Origin: Polyangiaceae bacterium
Lineage (GTDB): Bacteria > Myxococcota_A > Polyangia > Polyangiales > Polyangiaceae
Assembly (NCBI GenBank): GCA_041389685.1
Contig: JAWKRJ010000033.1
Location: 19,169 to 83,168, forward strand
Direction of reading: 5' to 3'
DNA length: 64,000 nt
Position 1 is the first letter of the stretch. Each line of letters opens with the position of its first letter. Positions 60,781 to 64,000 of the stretch are shown here, one piece after another. The position numbers and the translations under genes were made by a program. The notes beneath the pieces were generated by a model that had not been told where the DNA came from, ran no database searches, and saw only the letters and a list, made by a program, of their open reading frames with translations.

Positions 60781-62538
60781 ATGGCGCAACTTATGTCGGT
60801 TCGCTCAGATCGGTCGAGCAGGCGAAGGCGAGGTCACGACCCCCTCATCGGCAAGGTCGTGGCCGGTCGCTACCGCCTCGAGTCTCGCATCGGCGAGGGT
60901 GGCATGGGTCTCGTCTATCGAGCCCGCCACGTCTTGATCGATCGAGTCATCGCGCTGAAGCTGATCCGTCCGGATCTGCGCGCCGAGACGCATCTCCGCG
61001 CCTGGATGCTGCGTGAAGCAAAGGCTGCAAATCGCGTCGATCACGCGCATATCATCGACATTCACGACATTGGCGAGACCGAGGACGGCGAGCTCTATCT
61101 GGTGATGGAGTACCTCGTGGGGACGCCGCTCTCCGCCGAGCTCGCCAACGGTCCGATGCCGCTCGCGCGCAGCGTCGACATCGTCGAGCAGATGTGCGCC
61201 GCGCTCGCGCGTGCCCACGACCTCGGCGTGGTGCATCGCGACCTCAAGAGCGACAACATCCTCCTCACCGAGCGCGGGGGCCGTAAGGACTTCGTCAAGA
61301 TCCTCGATTTCGGGTTGGCGGCGCTCAAACGCGACGCGCGGCTCGCCCCCAAGGGCGCGGTCTTCGGCACACCGGAGTACATGTCCCCCGAGCAGGCGCG
61401 CGGCGAGGACGCGACGCCCTCCTCCGATCTCTACGCCCTCGGCGTGCTGTTCTTCGAGATGCTCACGGGGCAGCTCCCCTTCCGCTCCAACGATCGGGAC
61501 ACCCTGCTCAAGATGCAGCAGCAGCAAGCGCCGCCCACCCCGCGGTCGCTGCGCCCCGACGTGCACCCGCAAGGCGAGGAGATCTGCCTGCGGCTGCTCG
61601 CCAAGAACAGCAAGGAGCGGTACCGCGACGCGCATCATCTCCAGGAGGATCTCAAGAAGCTCCAGCGGAGCCTCCCGTCGTCGCAGGCGTGGGAAGTGCG
61701 CAGCGGCGATGCCCCCGCCGCCCCCCCGCCCCCACCCCCGCCGCAGAGCCCCGGGGTCACCGAGTGGGCCAACCGGGCGGCCGTGTTCACCCGCATGGTG
61801 TCGCGCGCCTACTCCGGCAAGGAGGCGCCCAGCGAGCTGTTGAGCGCGCTGTCGCAGACCTGGGACCTGGCGGCCCGGGCGAGTCGGCTGGAGGGCGAGG
61901 TGGCGAGCCTCACCCGCAAGCTCGACGCCCTCGAGCGTCGGGGTCGCGCCCTCCGCGCGGAGATCGGTCGTAAGGTCGAGGATCTCGCGCAGGAGGAGTC
62001 CCGCGTGCTGCGCGAAGCCTCCGCCCATGGCGACGACGTGGAGCGCGCCGAAGCCGAGCTCAGCCAGCTCGAGCGCGCCGCCCAGGCCGCCCGTGCCGAA
62101 GCGGACGCGGCGATCCGGGCCGGTCGACCGGAGCCCCAGATCTTCGAGCACGCGGGCGCGACGCGCGCCGCGGCGCAGGCCAAGACCGAGGAGCTCCAGC
62201 GCTACAAGCAACGCAAGCAGGATCGCGAGAAGACGGCGCGCAGCCTCCGTCGTCAGATCGAGCAGCTCCGCGGGCAGCTCTCCCGTTACGCGGAGGCCCT
62301 CGAGGAGGACCTGACGCGCGGCCGCAACCAGGTCGCGGAGCGGACGCGCGAGGGTCTCAAATACGAGAAGGCCTTCCACGACGCCTCCGGGCGCCTGGTG
62401 GAAGATCTTCGCGACAAGCCGGAGTGCCGTGACCTCATCGCCGAGATTCTGGCCAAGACCCCCGCGGACACGCCGCCGGACGGCCCGGCGAGCCGTCGCG
62501 GCTCGGATCCGGGCCAGGTCTCCGAGCGCCAGCGCTGA
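60781..62538 (+). CDS. Ser/Thr protein kinase with C-terminal coiled-coil region
   Basis: GEGGMGLVY, IALK, HRDLKSDNIL, DFG and SPEQ motifs, then a heptad-rich charged tail of about 250 aa. Only the last 585 codons of ORF 58468..62538 are used. Confidence 0.9.
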   Translation: MAQLMSVRSDRSSRRRRGHDPLIGKVVAGRYRLESRIGEGGMGLVYRARHVLIDRVIALKLIRPDLRAETHLRAWMLREAKAANRVDHAHIIDIHDIGETEDGELYLVMEYLVGTPLSAELANGPMPLARSVDIVEQMCAALARAHDLGVVHRDLKSDNILLTERGGRKDFVKILDFGLAALKRDARLAPKGAVFGTPEYMSPEQARGEDATPSSDLYALGVLFFEMLTGQLPFRSNDRDTLLKMQQQQAPPTPRSLRPDVHPQGEEICLRLLAKNSKERYRDAHHLQEDLKKLQRSLPSSQAWEVRSGDAPAAPPPPPPPQSPGVTEWANRAAVFTRMVSRAYSGKEAPSELLSALSQTWDLAARASRLEGEVASLTRKLDALERRGRALRAEIGRKVEDLAQEESRVLREASAHGDDVERAEAELSQLERAAQAARAEADAAIRAGRPEPQIFEHAGATRAAAQAKTEELQRYKQRKQDREKTARSLRRQIEQLRGQLSRYAEALEEDLTRGRNQVAERTREGLKYEKAFHDASGRLVEDLRDKPECRDLIAEILAKTPADTPPDGPASRRGSDPGQVSERQR

Positions 62539-62559
62539 TCCGCCCCCTCGAGAAGGGGT

Positions 62560-62599
62560 GCCGACGACCCAATCAGGGCGCCGGCGACCCAATCAGGGC
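62560..62599. repeat. 20-bp tandem duplication (GCCGaCGACCCAATCAGGGC / GCCGgCGACCCAATCAGGGC)
   Basis: 19/20 identical. The second copy contains the stop codon and last codons of minus-strand gene 62593..63135. Confidence 0.85.
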
Positions 62600-63135
62600 A
62601 GCTTGGCGGCGAGGAAGCTCTTCAGCTTCACGAGGTTCTTCTCGTCCTTGGTGAAGGACGGCGCCTCGTAGCTCGTCGACCAGCCCGAGACCTCGTTCTG
62701 GAAGTCGCGGCGCACCGCCTCGTCGGAGAGGATCTCGTCGACCGACCGGCCCCGAGCAGCGCCGCCCTTCAGCGACTCCACGTATTTCTCCAACCGCGCG
62801 TAGTCGCTGCCCAACAGCTCCTTGATCAAGGCGGCGTCCGTGGCGAGGCGCGCCACCTCGGGGGCCTTCTGGGCCGCATCCGGCGCCTCGGCGAGCGCAC
62901 GCGACGCGGCGACGCGCAGCACGAAGGCGTCATCCAGGTAGCCGAGGTCCTCGATGCCGTCCGGGATCAGGTCGAGCGACTTGAAGAGGTAGTTCAGCCC
63001 CGCCGCGGCGTAGCGGCGCAGCGCCTCCGGCGCGTCGTCCTTGCCTACCGCCGCCGCGAGGTCCTGGGCATCGCTCGCCAGGGAGCGCAGCCACTCGGGG
63101 AAGGTCTCGAGACACTTGCTTTCCGTTTCCGTCAT
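62593..63135 (-). CDS. DUF1232 (YkvA-like) domain protein
   Basis: LRRYAAAGLNYLFKSLDLIPDGIEDLGYLDDAFVL matches the DUF1232 core (DLIPD...G..DD). Confidence 0.7.
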   Translation of the reverse strand: MTETESKCLETFPEWLRSLASDAQDLAAAVGKDDAPEALRRYAAAGLNYLFKSLDLIPDGIEDLGYLDDAFVLRVAASRALAEAPDAAQKAPEVARLATDAALIKELLGSDYARLEKYVESLKGGAARGRSVDEILSDEAVRRDFQNEVSGWSTSYEAPSFTKDEKNLVKLKSFLAAKLP

Positions 63136-63252
63136 GGTGCTCCTGCACGGCTCGTTCGTCCCCCCTCCGGGGCCGAAGACGGGCTGATATACCCCCCCTC
63201 ACCCCCGCCAGCAACCCGGCCTCCGAGACCGTTCCTTCTCCACCCGGAATCG

Positions 63253-63282
63253 TTGAACGGGGCCGCGGACCCGTGCTAAGAG
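63253..63282 (+). promoter_or_regulatory. Possible sigma70-type promoter for tRNA-Cys
   Basis: TTGAAC - 18 nt - TAAGAG ending 10 nt before the tRNA 5' end. Weak match, by eye only. Confidence 0.3.
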
Positions 63283-63292
63283 CACAGCTCTC

Positions 63293-63367
63293 GGTGAGGT
63301 AGCCAAGCGGTTAGGCAATGGTTTGCAAAACCATCATACGCGAGTTCGAATCTCGTCCTCACCTCCA
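63293..63367 (+). tRNA. tRNA-Cys (anticodon GCA)
   Basis: Cloverleaf folded by hand. Acceptor GGTGAGG/CCTCACC, anticodon stem ATGGT/ACCAT with loop TTGCAAA, T-arm GCGAG-TTCGAAT-CTCGT, discriminator U and encoded CCA. The A13:A22 mismatch is typical of tRNA-Cys. Confidence 0.92.
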
Positions 63368-63494
63368 GCCCGTTCTCCCCACCTGCGCGTGACCCCCTTC
63401 CGGATCCGCGTGGGTGGCGTCTCGCCGTCCCACCGGTGACGATTCCCGGCAGAAACCTTTTTCGCGCGGCTCGATCTTCCGTATCCTGGAAAGG

Positions 63495-64000
63495 ATGTCG
63501 GAAAAAGCGACTCTAGCCTCCTTGGTCGGCCTCCTCGCGACGGTCGGTGCTTGCTCTCTGGTCAACGCCCCCGACGACGTCCTGCCCCCAGGCAGCGGCG
63601 GCTCGGGCGCCAGCTCCACCGGAGGGACCGCGACCACCGGTGGCAACGGTGGCAGCGGGGGGATGCCGGAGTGCACGACGGACCCGGACTGCGCCAACGC
63701 AGACACGGATCCCTGCACGATCCACATCTGCGGGCCGAACAACACCTGCGTGCTCGACTCGACCACCGACCCCAACGACGACGACGCCTGCACCACCGAC
63801 AGCTGCGATCCCGTGACGGCCCAGCCGGTGCACGAGGACATCCCGCCGATGGACGACAACGACGCCTGCACGATCGACTACTGCGATCCGGCCGTCGGGC
63901 CCCGCAACGAGTTGCTCGCCCCGATCTGGGAGGAGGACTTCTCGACGAACGACTTCGGCTGGACGCTCGAGGGACCCTGGGAGATCGGCCCCGCCATCAA
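63495..64000 (+). CDS. Cys-rich lipoprotein (partial, 3' end off-window)
   Basis: Absent from the ORF track because it is truncated. GGAAAGG precedes ATG 63495. MSEKATLASLVGLLATVGAC lipobox, a GSGGSGASSTGGTATTGGNGGSGG linker, then DPCTIHICGP...DDDACTTDSCDP...DNDACTIDYCDP repeats. Confidence 0.7.
   Translation, partial: MSEKATLASLVGLLATVGACSLVNAPDDVLPPGSGGSGASSTGGTATTGGNGGSGGMPECTTDPDCANADTDPCTIHICGPNNTCVLDSTTDPNDDDACTTDSCDPVTAQPVHEDIPPMDDNDACTIDYCDPAVGPRNELLAPIWEEDFSTNDFGWTLEGPWEIGPAI

Noticed and set aside
58468-62538. 1356-aa plus-strand ORF
   Set aside because: Only the last 585 codons (the Ser/Thr kinase, from ATG 60781) are credible. The upstream part is an out-of-frame Arg/Pro-rich shadow of the histidine kinase gene.
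63293-64000. Integrative element inserted at tRNA-Cys
   Set aside because: There is no integrase, no duplicated tRNA 3' end and no compositional break in the roughly 630 bp available downstream. The next gene is an ordinary family-type lipoprotein.

Overview
High-GC (roughly 70%) densely coding chromosomal window that looks myxobacterial (Myxococcota): a MYXO-CTERM-like sorting tail, AgmX/PglI-type lipoproteins, eukaryotic-like Ser/Thr kinases and many Cys-rich lipoproteins. I support about 52 protein genes, one tRNA-Cys(GCA), seven short tandem-repeat arrays and a few hairpin or operator-like sites. I found no rRNA, CRISPR, transposase, integrase or phage genes. The recognisable core is a canonical, translationally coupled pilM-pilN-pilO-pilP-pilQ type IV pilus operon (18.7-24.2 kb). 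Other clear genes are cstA, hslO, a deoxynucleoside kinase, a TrmH-family methyltransferase, an L,D-transpeptidase, an SGNH/MBOAT O-acyltransferase pair, two ECF sigma loci, two histidine kinases, two Ser/Thr kinases and an FHA-GGDEF cyclase. Most other long ORFs in the six-frame track are Arg/Pro/Gly-rich shadow frames typical of high-GC DNA, and I rejected them. Items worth a second look: (1) an ECF sigma/FecR anti-sigma operon coupled to a predicted small beta-barrel protein and Cys-rich lipoproteins, with a divergent pair of Cys-rich exported proteins, separated by an odd T8-hairpin-T9 element; (2) a 31-nt motif (28/31 identical) exactly 9 nt upstream of the ATG of two unrelated genes 26 kb apart; (3) a LysM/peptidase-M15A gene next to pilM that is split by a frameshift in a C7 tract followed by a 15-bp repeat array; (4) a hybrid histidine kinase whose ATP-binding domain looks degenerate; (5) a 1176-aa pseudokinase-kinase-SRPBCC-cyclase-like protein; (6) several 15-20 bp direct-repeat arrays in intergenic regions or at gene 3' ends. 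All functional calls rest on motif recognition by eye, with no database search, and start codons are often uncertain.
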